From an uncultured Planctomycetia bacterium (lineage in GTDB: Bacteria; Omnitrophota; Gorgyraeia; 2-02-FULL-51-18): 64,000 nt of DNA. Position numbers and translations under genes: made by a program. Shown here piece after piece: positions 27,501 to 32,210 of the stretch (positions within the stretch are counted from its first letter, which is position 1; each line of letters begins with the position of its first letter). The DNA lies in assembly GCA_964431835.1 (NCBI GenBank), contig CAYSKO010000008.1, positions 26,622-90,621 on the forward strand, in the 5' to 3' direction. The notes under the pieces were generated by a model. That model saw nothing but the letters and a program-made list of their open reading frames with translations, was not told the origin of the DNA and ran no database searches.

Positions 27501-29487
27501 CGCCCGCCTCGCCGAAAAAGCGAAAGAACTGCCCCCCGGCGCCGTGTTCGCGCTTCTTTTCACCGGCAAATACTTCGACGTCGAGCTCGGCCTGGATTAC
27601 GTCGCGACAATTCCGTTCGTCGCGCCGCGCTACGGCCGCAGCGAATTGCGTCTCTACGCGGCGCCGGCCGCCGGCGCCCGGATCGCAGACGATCCGTTCG
27701 CTACCGAGTTACTCGCGCTTTCCGCGGGAGAGGGCTGGGAAGCCGGGGCCGCCCGCGCGGACCTCGCCGCCCGCGATTCCGGGCCGACAGCGTCCCTCGA
27801 CCCGGCCGGCGCGCGCCTGACGACGCCCCAGGAAGCGCTCGCCTTCGCGGCGGCGGCTCTTGCGGTTGCGGGCGATCCGAAAAAACTTCCTGCGGGGACC
27901 ACTTTCCACAACGCCATGGGACAGTCCGTCTCTCCGAGGACGGTTTCGCCCTTCGAATACATTTCGGGATTCGCGGGTACCGCCCGGACTCCGCGGAGCG
28001 GGGAGCCTTCCGACGTCTTCGTTCTCGGCGAATTCGGCTACCTGACCGTGGACACCGCCGCGCATCCGGGCGCGACCGTGACTTCCTATAACTACCGCAT
28101 GTGCATCGGCGTCGCTGTCCAGGCCGTCGACGCGAACGGCCGCGTTCACGTGGGCGTGTACCACCGCCTGCCGCGTCCGAAACTCGACGAAGCCGTCCTC
28201 GACGTCTTCCGGTTTTACTCGGACAAAGGCTTCCACGACGTGAAGATGACGGTGCTGTACGCGAACGATTGGCAGGATTACGGCGCGGTCCCCCAAAAGG
28301 ACGTCGCCAAGGCGCTCGGTAAAGAGCTCGCGGCCCGGAACGGTGGCGTGCCCGTCTCGCTGCGCCTGGAAACGCATTCGCATTGGGACGTCGCGGTGCT
28401 CGCGGCGACGGCCGAAGGCGCCGCCGTCGTGACTCCCGCCACCGGCGTGCGTTACGCGCCCTGGGGGACGTCGGCCGCGCGGCTGGCCACGGCCGAGGAG
28501 CCCGCGGAATCCCTGCTCGCGCCGGCGAACGCCTCTTATCCGCGCCTCGACGCGGACGAAACGCGCGTGCGGACGGCCGCTGGGGCACTGGCGGCTCTCG
28601 TGTCGCGCATCCCGTTCGGCCGGAACGCTTTCGCCATGGACGTTGACGGAGTCGCCGCGACGGCGCGGCGCGAAGGGGAGACGGTCGTTTTTTCCTCCGC
28701 CTCGGGAGCACGGCTGGCCGCCGTCCCGATCGAGCGCGAGTCCGCCAAAGCCGCCGCCGCGGTCAAATCCATCCCCGACTACCTCAGGGAATTCGACGGC
28801 GCCACAACCCGCGTCGAAGAAGCCATGCTTCTCGCCTTCGGAGCCGAAGGCTTGGAGACCTTGACGGCCGAGCCCCGCTCGATCGCCATCGACATCGGCG
28901 TCCTTCCGGCGAAGCGTCCCGAGTACTTAGAGAACCTCTTCGTCCAGCTTCTTGCGATGCGCGCGCGTCCCGTGGCCGCCAACGTCTCGTTCCGCCTGAC
29001 GGGCCCCGGCGTCCAGGAAGCGCTCGCTTCGTCCGACTTGGCACGCCAGCTCGTACGGAAGGGAATTATCGACCAGACGCCCGATCCCAAGCTTAAGACC
29101 GCCGAGATCGCAGGTATAAACCGCATCGAATCCCTCTCAGGTGAGACCTACCTGCCTTTCCGGGCGGTCGAGATCACGGACAAGGAAGCGGGAGTACCGA
29201 AGTGGCAGGCGATGATCCTTCTTGCCGTCATGGCCTCCGAGATCGGGAAGAAGACCGAAGACCCCGTTCTCCTCAGGCAGTTCTACGAGGCTTACCGCGA
29301 CGTCTCGGGCCTTTCGGTCGAGAAGCTAGAGCCTGCGAAGCTCCTAGAAGCTTTAAAGGCGTTCCTCACGGGTACGGCATCCAAATCCTTGGCCGAGGAC
29401 TACGCGATGCGCGCCGCCCCCATCGACATCAACCGTATCATCCAGCTCTTCAGCAACATCAAGCGCATTGTGGCGTCGGCCGCTTGA
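9583..29487 (+). CDS. Giant multidomain protein 2 (6634 aa); signal peptide, TIKI/EreA/ChaN-like N-domain, 11 linker-delimited cargo segments and a shared C-terminal domain
   Basis: Uninterrupted 19.9-kb ORF. N-terminus MTPSGKRILRPIALLLALIFAFEEAAKA looks like a signal peptide. Recognisable motifs of kinase, JAB, M48 peptidase, UbiB/ABC1 kinase, methyltransferase and CheD-like domains. Confidence 0.93.
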   Translation: MTPSGKRILRPIALLLALIFAFEEAAKAAPISAPPTLDAQAALCADPSSLIVPFESAVLKEIHRGTNGRFVIHIQDAHSNLSGQRNLAAALDSILSSHGVRLVLSEGGADDCSLTPFKKAASKEVWKKVAKTLLVQGQISGEEYLNLTTDRPMKIVGVEDIALYLKSVEHYASLADGREQLLSHLREVRASITRMKARLYPSDIMEYEAAKRAGGSQEADFKALVALASARGESLQDFPEIRRLAATVAREAEIDFELANLEQAALAERLSRAGRPESLRESLEDAAHAGTEKVSQHLRVRALIRSAEEAKVPKADYENLSRYAAYLSDFSEVDLDGVLDELAKAEDRVYYAALPSEDARLLRALDRYATLLETAYSIRMSTKDFAQFRASEADFATIRWQAFLNRRLADAGDFGGMIPQTDLLDRGRRSLEEFYASVTERDFAFVRNLEKTMADEGEKAAVLITGGYHTPHLKKLLREKGYSFAVLTPVVLAETSQQKYESRLLAPLRGRGARTVETVSGQGTAGGSLADLGGEFSRPGKNDGVRAMLLRALASSDESPLNFSQDDLETIRAIRATMQNTFRSVLEAAVVDSLRARNAGLSLEEARPRAKGVVEAIFRELDAPRPAPKAAPARALDSAPRTAEAPYTTAAARMSSEVRAAERAAEFWAENERQKAGAFDLVRGQDKAWVGYSDMMKLGLRDRHYGKLAADYFIIDAISIAQRSLASSGVFAYRLGSGDDVVSMAFPESFDGDRVETALADVQVALETEYRSMAFAVLPPGLPTAALDALSEDESVRTVDFRPYYSNGTADGRPHPQILFKLAEGETHRQGLDRLLAAATLAPGTGDVLEVRAPLLPAAAVRLQAPELRTAQPEKSIEASLKAGELRQSALREMGALVGTEETVAAPQRAKENPLYGDTVNAGVESALAEIRARMNADTDPALPVEREYATYERVALFRILGEARKDRSGTPKLKTVRGPPDNFFFVSSDGKGGWQILLVRESVVALEHDGTLENAFLKNRRESGREGDYERKFGFKQVNDVFGHFAGNQLLKLGSLNLQNSFSEASASSGGLMGLEDVFRATFEAMSRVNEVVAEKGFKIEYDASTALTSAEFPADVESPAILLVLEKLAAARRSVTVESRPEFPGVAIRVYGTENKSTWSQIEEELAEVAAYRAHRAGLELERAHAQIREPRASVAAKNSVPAGARLSIQEVFGEDAPDVLEFVAGTRDLDAVLELLMGEPRRAGDRITTGYAVTLRTQAGPVQRLFFVKKLKSDSSLMRRFQTDEHELAQEAEIATRASRIGHSPSTRFFRFRSGTPGLVTTAAGGESIYRMFVRSEPSDPVRLVLEAAAEALADLHFRAGITHGDLVHPGLEDDLRADHIFWRRDADRIAVEFIDFGLANDKATDGQKAEELRKVVHAVSEYIPRRPDRAALVRAFSEAYEARREGIRNETAGARMALPWSPKSGTGILRFDLERRLPADLPVVRVTDKGLERPAFAGTSAETLLENPALATLLRAEGYEYLTGPQLRSRSFLEGLAAQTAREDLRLYLNQRLVYGVPRAVYARRHSPAVNAAARRVTAQLFRSVVRVHPQSAQMLVPVVADLLSRVPENQLESFLEETPFADTHEKALPFGVVRLVPFLVEWSRTLSEVSAAARGDAIPVQPLLSAGLLMDAGKLGPETVAYALERVRAKWINLGRPVNTTALFALEYAIEAALDAREPRSAAETEFAALERNFRAIDRQLESEPKWLGFAGLLRTKTIGFEGSEYRLRDAEIVAARGRNPVLVLKYDNPQKGELPILLKWTQVRKAKYDRIATRTASLLGLFSYRAQPLRDHADFLRSEWEVVQYRPHELVAFTASDSNAPARQKFVLNQPSFRRMIAAADAPRSNPLRDLGAHFFLQHLLGVRDAKMKHLLLVNDARLGENNNRFVGIDSELLFHYNEALDHVNFTDDGRRPPLTPARLNDVPRVLQPNGDQREFMRRIGAEADGARYLGRVIEGFKNAHETARSKREEILRLVRENVEPGRYEAIRAEVERRLDAPAEIALEEVGLATEAFLPAFRESGARVAAAADSSEAARNAYASFRENEIARIVREARTFRARLFAAAMRLALRTGSSPLSRAMLWFVPVGTTALLDLGPDLAASIGALDRAGYGRFADEIGLYRLRGTGRWLAIRGGRDYFPVRGDFAYELFDVFIHNHPSGHALPSLGDVAAHYNTETEGTPFALIAAGNEWLSFDARALQTGGYFKADQYTVYDLNEKLGKALRTKLGREGLVDLSDPVSLAASREAMGGLGIAIRSVLPSELSDNVVGAAPEPFALLGSTDPRTRYQALSILDRALPQGLAADIFQAFHTDTDVRVQMYALGILSMRIRNDFQALRRAVQPFRNSPFERVKEQAAYIGGSETESPSGARMAGDDWAERFPENLRPVFSRMSPAGRIRVDREIEAYRLLSGRAWLEMVDEIDAWKRGDGILDFHVNAEAIKKFGVYLYLGRRHTQVSPGDKRDRGVALEFATLTQVDLSPASPPRPAPGTVFSPPDATSKTAFGYVDLREHRPVRAWAVGMSTTAVREMLRENGLDIPVRKWREGKTEPNPEALYHTVSETLWPYVAMTGALLSGMEAQRRQSLETVVIQEAFPGRLSEYLEPEEEAQALAVVQAIVAESYSPTPGRVSGARIATTAQAPKTPEQSRRLEAIARTTGATPDNEIVATVRKLAFDAAKNLGLPSEQYAFVLSDSDEINAFFYTADGERVIQFNWGLVQFLHENGILNQAVIEFILGHEAGHSLDIDHSKRDPAARHLQLASEYSADEHGLTANDRSGRTPLGGLLLMRALRRHGKDGGISITYPQTHRREYKILNDIRHRYWENLTTSPEPIDAEPSSFERSRRYQMDSKMYGRLTFERLEEAVELAETPHDVLRLTHLYEKLLSVETVLRTLADGTVGRGAIKNNRWQSFDDFDLNNMEKRGEGAFVERYLRDNGVSPEDYFNDKQKDAIRQWAAKNGMDFRDALFMALSDLANRSLGEFRYATSKNEGRLQPYSSIQPTSDVGPDGQSTFKEPLEFWRMKQARHRELQPLRAKFEARAKVAFGGSALGEADRDRLVTDFLLGGLRYLDQEPADFTPYSVTKIDPDDGYESQDYVYPKPADAVADLAWDDPLAALQDVFRNYRSYENNYVKTRSSKDPAYKAYASDEYSAVQAMKVHHDKLIEDLLGKIGPETSTERLLELYATFHEYYRLMPYSVGGYSKDKQTEQYGFDILKRLSERLATVEEFVSVVPRLAKLVPNKYDSSELAKTWFSKAQTVDELLGALDTLLSEPRLRGGTLKALAAFEENAVRIASAADWSKTKPALALVEGLTATLERHGLDPKKTERREEWPLAAAKAAASLIRLTQSNRSNEVFHGELVVRYYTRFYDGKSPYGRPGAAIRVDYPQTRFLYSENELLRHLEGVFYDKVKALRFFFGNGLPPTAGLLYDLKAENREEMFGLFLANEEAYLRNGMPQEEFDRLLCIFAWEWFGPGRGSSVERLRAFTARLRRSPVNAEFLRAFDGAGYNVQESKEGDPKFEAAAEIAEKIGHDAVGSYYAYFGGYEEYKDPTKDKRREHGLERRSYAPLWATDGRDPRKTDEIRAGNDLYEAWAFAHMGASIEERIAWLVRFHPEPTPYRNGLLLKLVGDPFTAGPAVFAPVLPHLAPDRITDILNRRVLQARKAAGELSFKTYAEVKAVIDAHFPEDSEIGRELFFGWLQNARITPVELNGLRETGALSRLAGDKKKKVAHEIIERMGDDMERQSVEEKREVYLWLAGLAPKPTLIEYYEFTSKTDLDDLPRLLAAGTEAERYAFLTTLLVGDSGVLSDPVQRADLMKTLFEAGTGEKAEASNTRFAVLEEVFEACPEHKQFDILHGALGHFQESSGTAAVSSEALTKRFLTSFGLVGVKFGQQVLGIEDLSDRVPPLDKRYLLNAILHDGGMELLDDVASIDEELGSASVKQSYVMTLKNGDRRAIKYVRPLAEFEMVENLAIMRNAIQRLRFRIPALKERVSDSLLDEIEKSVQRELDIRQEVLSQRELGRFSRGERHGGWTLKVPRVDGRFVGSRYFADEYVVGEAPKAAFIAAAGEKTAAAFAGLTLKTVVKQALLFGKYHGDLNRGNLKFDVPGTTAHLIDFGNTATLSRANQDAFVLLMDALAASHAPDALAALRRLAPAGLSPALEAKIGAVAVLADVPAGAKIQRVKAVIEGEGGKLEPQIDYFLKVLETLSYLTGNVSKDQIAEIFAAAVVRRQLSVRNLFTPTTWKFISRRLFGSSAPVPAPGAPLAAEGTAEIPSVAAIPESPKAPASSERGDSPVGARMAEAKSAALTPEGEALKLLALYRIGEGSGDSKDANRFAFSPGGSRLLHRDRGRVSVIDPATGKTVSIELPGGYEWASFRGENVLYVSFQDKTERVYALRGNEIVQTIEDEDEPVLSAGGLLSVGGGRSLSFSDDGSLILVVSDTGYSVRLSSTGETLAIPDARKPKKVELSGNYVVVSFDGGRHAIYLVAENKLSVALTDDVLGVPSIERGYAYAVPADGRARVWELVTGRRALDLEGRINQVKILDGRWAVTVGANDDTAKPGSLEMQLYDLRTGENFGRKIAPEARDFAVDGNGRYVDVFLENERRLFDSETGADLSPVVRPGYDELSIRGNRALVKYGPAARMNAFDGRYETLYRLIDLETGKEITVEGLEAAQRATLAPDGSALIFRNAASDSILADVSGKTVDRFGTAGRKLYSAGFLPSGVVETKDQNNRSHLFDLKTGNSLDSLTGPQATQPVVSSDGKRVVVMDSSRYFRLVDIETMRRNPVLAPHAARWGRSAHFALEILAQLKREGRLDTAADLERLLPRVTEAIERYEAAVTDYNRDRVVGLFLDGNSVLSAPVLERVTASGGDSLEFFLFCIELMESDRRLAFQILDGVFTAAKSEGLAFEENSAVTAKLPNDERERIRRFVALTRNFNPELYRYFLATSEAKLKELLLFSEKILSDEAGMPEIEAFLARAAGEKDSKGRPFDGEQLLYAVVQRAIPPSGASFVRQTEALGLMKKYLEAARERDPRGDVPTSLKALGRFGGGEVRRMVWRRRADAGDTWSPEVAALIDALRYPDAARPTDELKAVVASDRARLSAALTDLLKDFDNDAKRDEALAAFLAHAAHSDALKEKVDRIQTGERAGLRALDELFFDKDNLAILLNEILADFNLEGEGAVRDGKRLARSLGSIWALPLGEGARRARLGIALAPVRNDEVRSKILSALPDVPGLRAEVEKLLDSRVKLPGGLIDRLFEKPRAAISLESERYVEIPSDKAVRVRFQVVKGPLYGMWGLNAGVCIAADVALWKRPEFFLLAMIDEETGSAVGFTHLFTKDFEVDGKTSRHLTVPGINPSTEILSEVRASELYPMVEGALRTVAAAEGYDQIDLPTDKNVLSNRSDIVDQAVRSGYDKDDLPEEVGWNSVPQPYPFKNVFVIPKGARMSGEALSPEARTAALASRLETAFRSLGESAPTGVRPDTFAFFRSARPTAFDAFARRVVESDDALLDLRSPAVVRMVFPVKGRDSVVVRVGREGLDFQQGSVYKMLPIETGGATRIPLSGVRARDPDGTVKPLFDFLADFGVPAETVAKARLQSLSFEHGYHLEIAADGSLSLPDRTTGDVQRAQLRFDRDGDLVSRHFEVPQTPSSEIRNGRIVSLAGHTHGITGDDFISEFTSIDVGVTSVNVVKLLDARKPGDPAALTLAEFLITERVVGEFEFRALVVEVEPDPSDPSVPATVRRFALKHDAATGWAIETTDDGEPLDFNTTVAELREDVETGARMADERKAELDYFFEENFITSGAVADGSIFDKTPMEVVHRSFAEIEKLRPLRDAHYLSIGAGDLRDAFTAAYVHGMRVTAIEKDPRVAAGSREILGFPDAAKFHEDRFEFKEGDALAESWSDKDVVSFFYTEPPSLAEAAAFRARLAEKAKELPPGAVFALLFTGKYFDVELGLDYVATIPFVAPRYGRSELRLYAAPAAGARIADDPFATELLALSAGEGWEAGAARADLAARDSGPTASLDPAGARLTTPQEALAFAAAALAVAGDPKKLPAGTTFHNAMGQSVSPRTVSPFEYISGFAGTARTPRSGEPSDVFVLGEFGYLTVDTAAHPGATVTSYNYRMCIGVAVQAVDANGRVHVGVYHRLPRPKLDEAVLDVFRFYSDKGFHDVKMTVLYANDWQDYGAVPQKDVAKALGKELAARNGGVPVSLRLETHSHWDVAVLAATAEGAAVVTPATGVRYAPWGTSAARLATAEEPAESLLAPANASYPRLDADETRVRTAAGALAALVSRIPFGRNAFAMDVDGVAATARREGETVVFSSASGARLAAVPIERESAKAAAAVKSIPDYLREFDGATTRVEEAMLLAFGAEGLETLTAEPRSIAIDIGVLPAKRPEYLENLFVQLLAMRARPVAANVSFRLTGPGVQEALASSDLARQLVRKGIIDQTPDPKLKTAEIAGINRIESLSGETYLPFRAVEITDKEAGVPKWQAMILLAVMASEIGKKTEDPVLLRQFYEAYRDVSGLSVEKLEPAKLLEALKAFLTGTASKSLAEDYAMRAAPIDINRIIQLFSNIKRIVASAA
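11533..28716 (+). repeat. Dispersed peptide-level linker motif [G/A]AR[M/L/V/I][A/S/T] in giant ORF 2
   Basis: Copies start at 11533 (AARMS), 13198 (GARLS), 13951 (GARMA), 15781 (GARVA), 16819 (GARMA), 17605 (GARIA), 22606 (GARMA), 26053 (GARMS), 27067 (GARMA), 27673 (GARIA), 27808 (GARLT), 28474 (AARLA), plus an ambiguous one at 28705 (GARLA). Confidence 0.88.
28764..29483 (+). repeat. 720-bp direct repeat, copy 2 (3' end of giant ORF 2)
   Basis: Identical to 8734-9453. Identity ends at the third base of the last Ala codon (GCG TAA versus GCT TGA). Confidence 0.97.
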
Positions 29488-29495
29488 TCTGGCCC

Positions 29496-29520
29496 GGGGA
29501 GGGCACCGCCCTTCTCTTGT
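29496..29520 (+). terminator. Possible terminator hairpin after giant ORF 2
   Basis: GGGGAGGGC-acc-GCCCTTCTC stem (two G-U pairs) with only a weak T tail. Confidence 0.4.
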
Positions 29521-29544
29521 GAAATCCCGCCCGTTCGGTATAAT
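29517..29544 (+). promoter_or_regulatory. Sigma70-type promoter for aconitase
   Basis: TTGTGA, 16-bp spacer, TATAAT (29539-29544); GAGG at 29561. Confidence 0.55.
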
Positions 29545-29576
29545 AGGATTTCCATAACCCGAGGAAATCCGAGCCC

Positions 29577-31871
29577 ATGAAAGAATTCGAGAAACAGATC
29601 CACGAGCTTTATTCCAAACTCCCCGATAAAATCGATGTCCTCCGCCGCCGCTTCGGCCGCCCGATCACCCTCGCCGAGAAGATTCTCGCCGCTCATGTGA
29701 CACGCGTGGAAAGCCAGGAGTTCGTCCGTGGGTCGAGCTACCTTTCGCTGCATCCCGACCGCGTCGCGATGCAGGATGCGACCGCGCAGATGGCGCTTTT
29801 GCAGTTCATGCTCGCCGAGCGCGATTCCACCGCCGTGCCGTCGACGATCCACTGCGACCATTTGATCCAGGCGCGCTTCGGCGCCGCGCAGGACACGAAG
29901 ACCGCCGTCGACACCAATAAAGAGGTTTACGATTTTCTCCGGAGCGCCTCCAAGCGTTACGGCATCGGCTTCTGGGAGCCGGGCTCGGGCATCATCCACC
30001 AGGTGGTGCTCGAGAATTACGCTTTCCCGGGCGGTCTCATGATCGGCACGGATTCGCACACGCCGAACGCCGGCGGCCTCGGCATGCTCGCGATCGGAGT
30101 CGGCGGCGCCGACGCGGCGGACGTCATGAGCGGCCTCGCGTGGGAAGTGAAGTGCCCGAAGCTCATCGGGGTGAAGCTCACCGGCAAGATGTCGGGCTGG
30201 ACGGCCGCCAAGGACGTCATTCTCAAACTCTGTGGTCTCCTCACCGTGAAGGGTGGCACCGACAAGATCGTCGAGTATTTCGGCCCCGGCGCGCGCACGA
30301 TCAGCTGCACCGGCAAAGCCACCATCACGAACATGGGCGCCGAACTCGGCGCGACGACGTCCGTTTTCCCGTACGACGCGAAGATGGGGGAGTATTTGAA
30401 ATCGACCGGCCGCGCCGAGATTGCGCGCATGGCCGACGCGAACCTCGCGCACCTTTGCGCCGACCCCGAGGTCGAGGCCGATCCTTCGAAGTACTTCGAC
30501 CAGGTGATCGAGATCGATCTTTCGACGCTCGAGCCCCACGTCGTCGGCCCGCACACGCCCGACCTCGCGCGTCCTATTTCGCGGATGGCCGAAGAGGTGC
30601 GCGAGAAGGGCTATCCGGTTGGGATCACGGCCGCACTCATCGGAAGCTGCACCAATTCCTCGTACGAGGACATCGGCCGCGCGGCGGACCTCGCTTCGCA
30701 GGCGCGCCGCGCCGGTATCAAATCCCACACGCGCTTTTACATTTCTCCCGGCTCGGACCAGGTCCAGAATACCGTCCGTCGCGACGGCCAACTCGGTCTC
30801 CTCGAGGATATCGGCGGCGTGGTGCTTTCGAATTCGTGCGGTCCGTGCATCGGCCAGTGGAAGCGCGACGACATCGAGAAGGGGACGAAGAACTCGATCG
30901 TCACCTCGTTCAACCGCAACTTCCCGGCGCGTAACGACGGCAACGACTGCACGTTCGCGTTCATCGCCTCCCCCGAGATCGTGACCGCGTTCGCCCTCGC
31001 GGGCCGGCTGGATTTTAACCCCTTGGTCGACACGATACGCACCGCGGACGGCAAGGACGTGCTTCTCGTCGCGCCATCGGCGCCCGAGCTTCCAGAGAAG
31101 GGATACGTCTCCGGCGAGGCCGGTTACATCGCTCCTGGGCTTTTGGAACAGCGCCGCGCAATGCAGGTGGCGATCGATCTCAAGAGCGAACGCCTCCAGA
31201 AGCTCGAGTCGTTCAAGGTGTGGGACGGAAAGGACATCGAGCGCGTGCCCGTTCTCATAAAAGTGAAGGGCAAGTGCACGACCGACCACATTTCGCCGGC
31301 CGGCCCGTGGCTCAAGTTCCGCGGCCATCTCGACCGTATCTCGGACAACATGTTCCTCGGCGCGGTGAACGCGTTCACGGGGACGGCGGGGCAGGTGAAA
31401 AACTGGATGGAAGGCGGCAAGATCGGCTCTCCCGCCGAGATCGCGCGCGATCATAAAAAGCAGGCGATCGGCTGGATCGTCGTCGGCGACGAGAACTACG
31501 GCGAGGGCTCGAGCCGCGAGCACGCGGCGATGTCCCCGCGCTTCCTCGGCTGCGAGGCGATCGTGGCGAAATCCTTCGCGCGTATCCACGAGACGAACTT
31601 GAAGAAGCAGGGCCTCCTCGCGCTGACGTTCAAGGACCCGAAGGATTACGACCGTGTCCGCGAAGATGACCGCGTGAGCGTGAAGGGCCTTTCGAAGTTC
31701 GCGGCCGCACTGGATCTGACCCTGGCGCTCTGGCATTCCGACGGCACGTCCGAAGAGTTCCTCGTTTCGCACTCGTATACGCCCGAGCAGGTCGAGTGGT
31801 TCAAGGCCGGCAGCGCGTTGAACCGAATCCGCGGCCAGGAAACCAAATTCGCCGTTCCTCCCGCCCTCTAA
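29577..31871 (+). CDS. Aconitate hydratase (mitochondrial-type subfamily)
   Basis: PDRVAMQDATAQMALLQF, TIHCDH, GTDSHT, IGSCTNSS, CGPCIGQW, TTDHISPAG, NYGEGSSREHAA. Confidence 0.96.
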   Translation: MKEFEKQIHELYSKLPDKIDVLRRRFGRPITLAEKILAAHVTRVESQEFVRGSSYLSLHPDRVAMQDATAQMALLQFMLAERDSTAVPSTIHCDHLIQARFGAAQDTKTAVDTNKEVYDFLRSASKRYGIGFWEPGSGIIHQVVLENYAFPGGLMIGTDSHTPNAGGLGMLAIGVGGADAADVMSGLAWEVKCPKLIGVKLTGKMSGWTAAKDVILKLCGLLTVKGGTDKIVEYFGPGARTISCTGKATITNMGAELGATTSVFPYDAKMGEYLKSTGRAEIARMADANLAHLCADPEVEADPSKYFDQVIEIDLSTLEPHVVGPHTPDLARPISRMAEEVREKGYPVGITAALIGSCTNSSYEDIGRAADLASQARRAGIKSHTRFYISPGSDQVQNTVRRDGQLGLLEDIGGVVLSNSCGPCIGQWKRDDIEKGTKNSIVTSFNRNFPARNDGNDCTFAFIASPEIVTAFALAGRLDFNPLVDTIRTADGKDVLLVAPSAPELPEKGYVSGEAGYIAPGLLEQRRAMQVAIDLKSERLQKLESFKVWDGKDIERVPVLIKVKGKCTTDHISPAGPWLKFRGHLDRISDNMFLGAVNAFTGTAGQVKNWMEGGKIGSPAEIARDHKKQAIGWIVVGDENYGEGSSREHAAMSPRFLGCEAIVAKSFARIHETNLKKQGLLALTFKDPKDYDRVREDDRVSVKGLSKFAAALDLTLALWHSDGTSEEFLVSHSYTPEQVEWFKAGSALNRIRGQETKFAVPPAL

Positions 31872-31893
31872 GCCCTATATAAGGAAGAGCGCC

Positions 31894-32124
31894 GTGGAAG
31901 AACGTCGCATCGTCGATTTAAAGCCCGAGCCCGCGGAAGAAGGGGAGATTCTTTACGACCGTCCGAAGGCGCCTTCGCCGTGGCGCGGATTCGCGGTCAA
32001 GATCGTGGGCATCGCGGCGGGGGTCGCACTTTTTCTCGTGCTTCTGACGCTTTTCGTCTACGTGGTCGTTCCGGTCGTGGCCGTCCTCGTCCTTTTTGCG
32101 ATCCTCCGCCGCTTTTTCCGCTGA
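31894..32124 (+). CDS. Small membrane protein, unknown function
   Basis: 76-aa ORF with GTG start and AAGGAAG upstream; hydrophobic C-terminal half; fills the gap between genes. Confidence 0.7.
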   Translation: MEERRIVDLKPEPAEEGEILYDRPKAPSPWRGFAVKIVGIAAGVALFLVLLTLFVYVVVPVVAVLVLFAILRRFFR

Positions 32125-32210
32125 ACGGAGAGCGAGTCGCTAAAATACCCCTTTTCTCCTCCTGGGCTTCATGTTATAAATTTACGTAAGGAAGTCGTTT
32201 TTTTAAAAAA

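Noticed and set aside
770-28485. GAR-Met motif as a DNA recombination site or internal translation start
   Set aside because: The nucleotide sequence is not conserved beyond coding needs. The fourth codon is sometimes GTA or ATC, which are not normal starts, and I saw no consistent Shine-Dalgarno upstream. A peptide-level role fits better, though internal starts at some ATG copies are not excluded.
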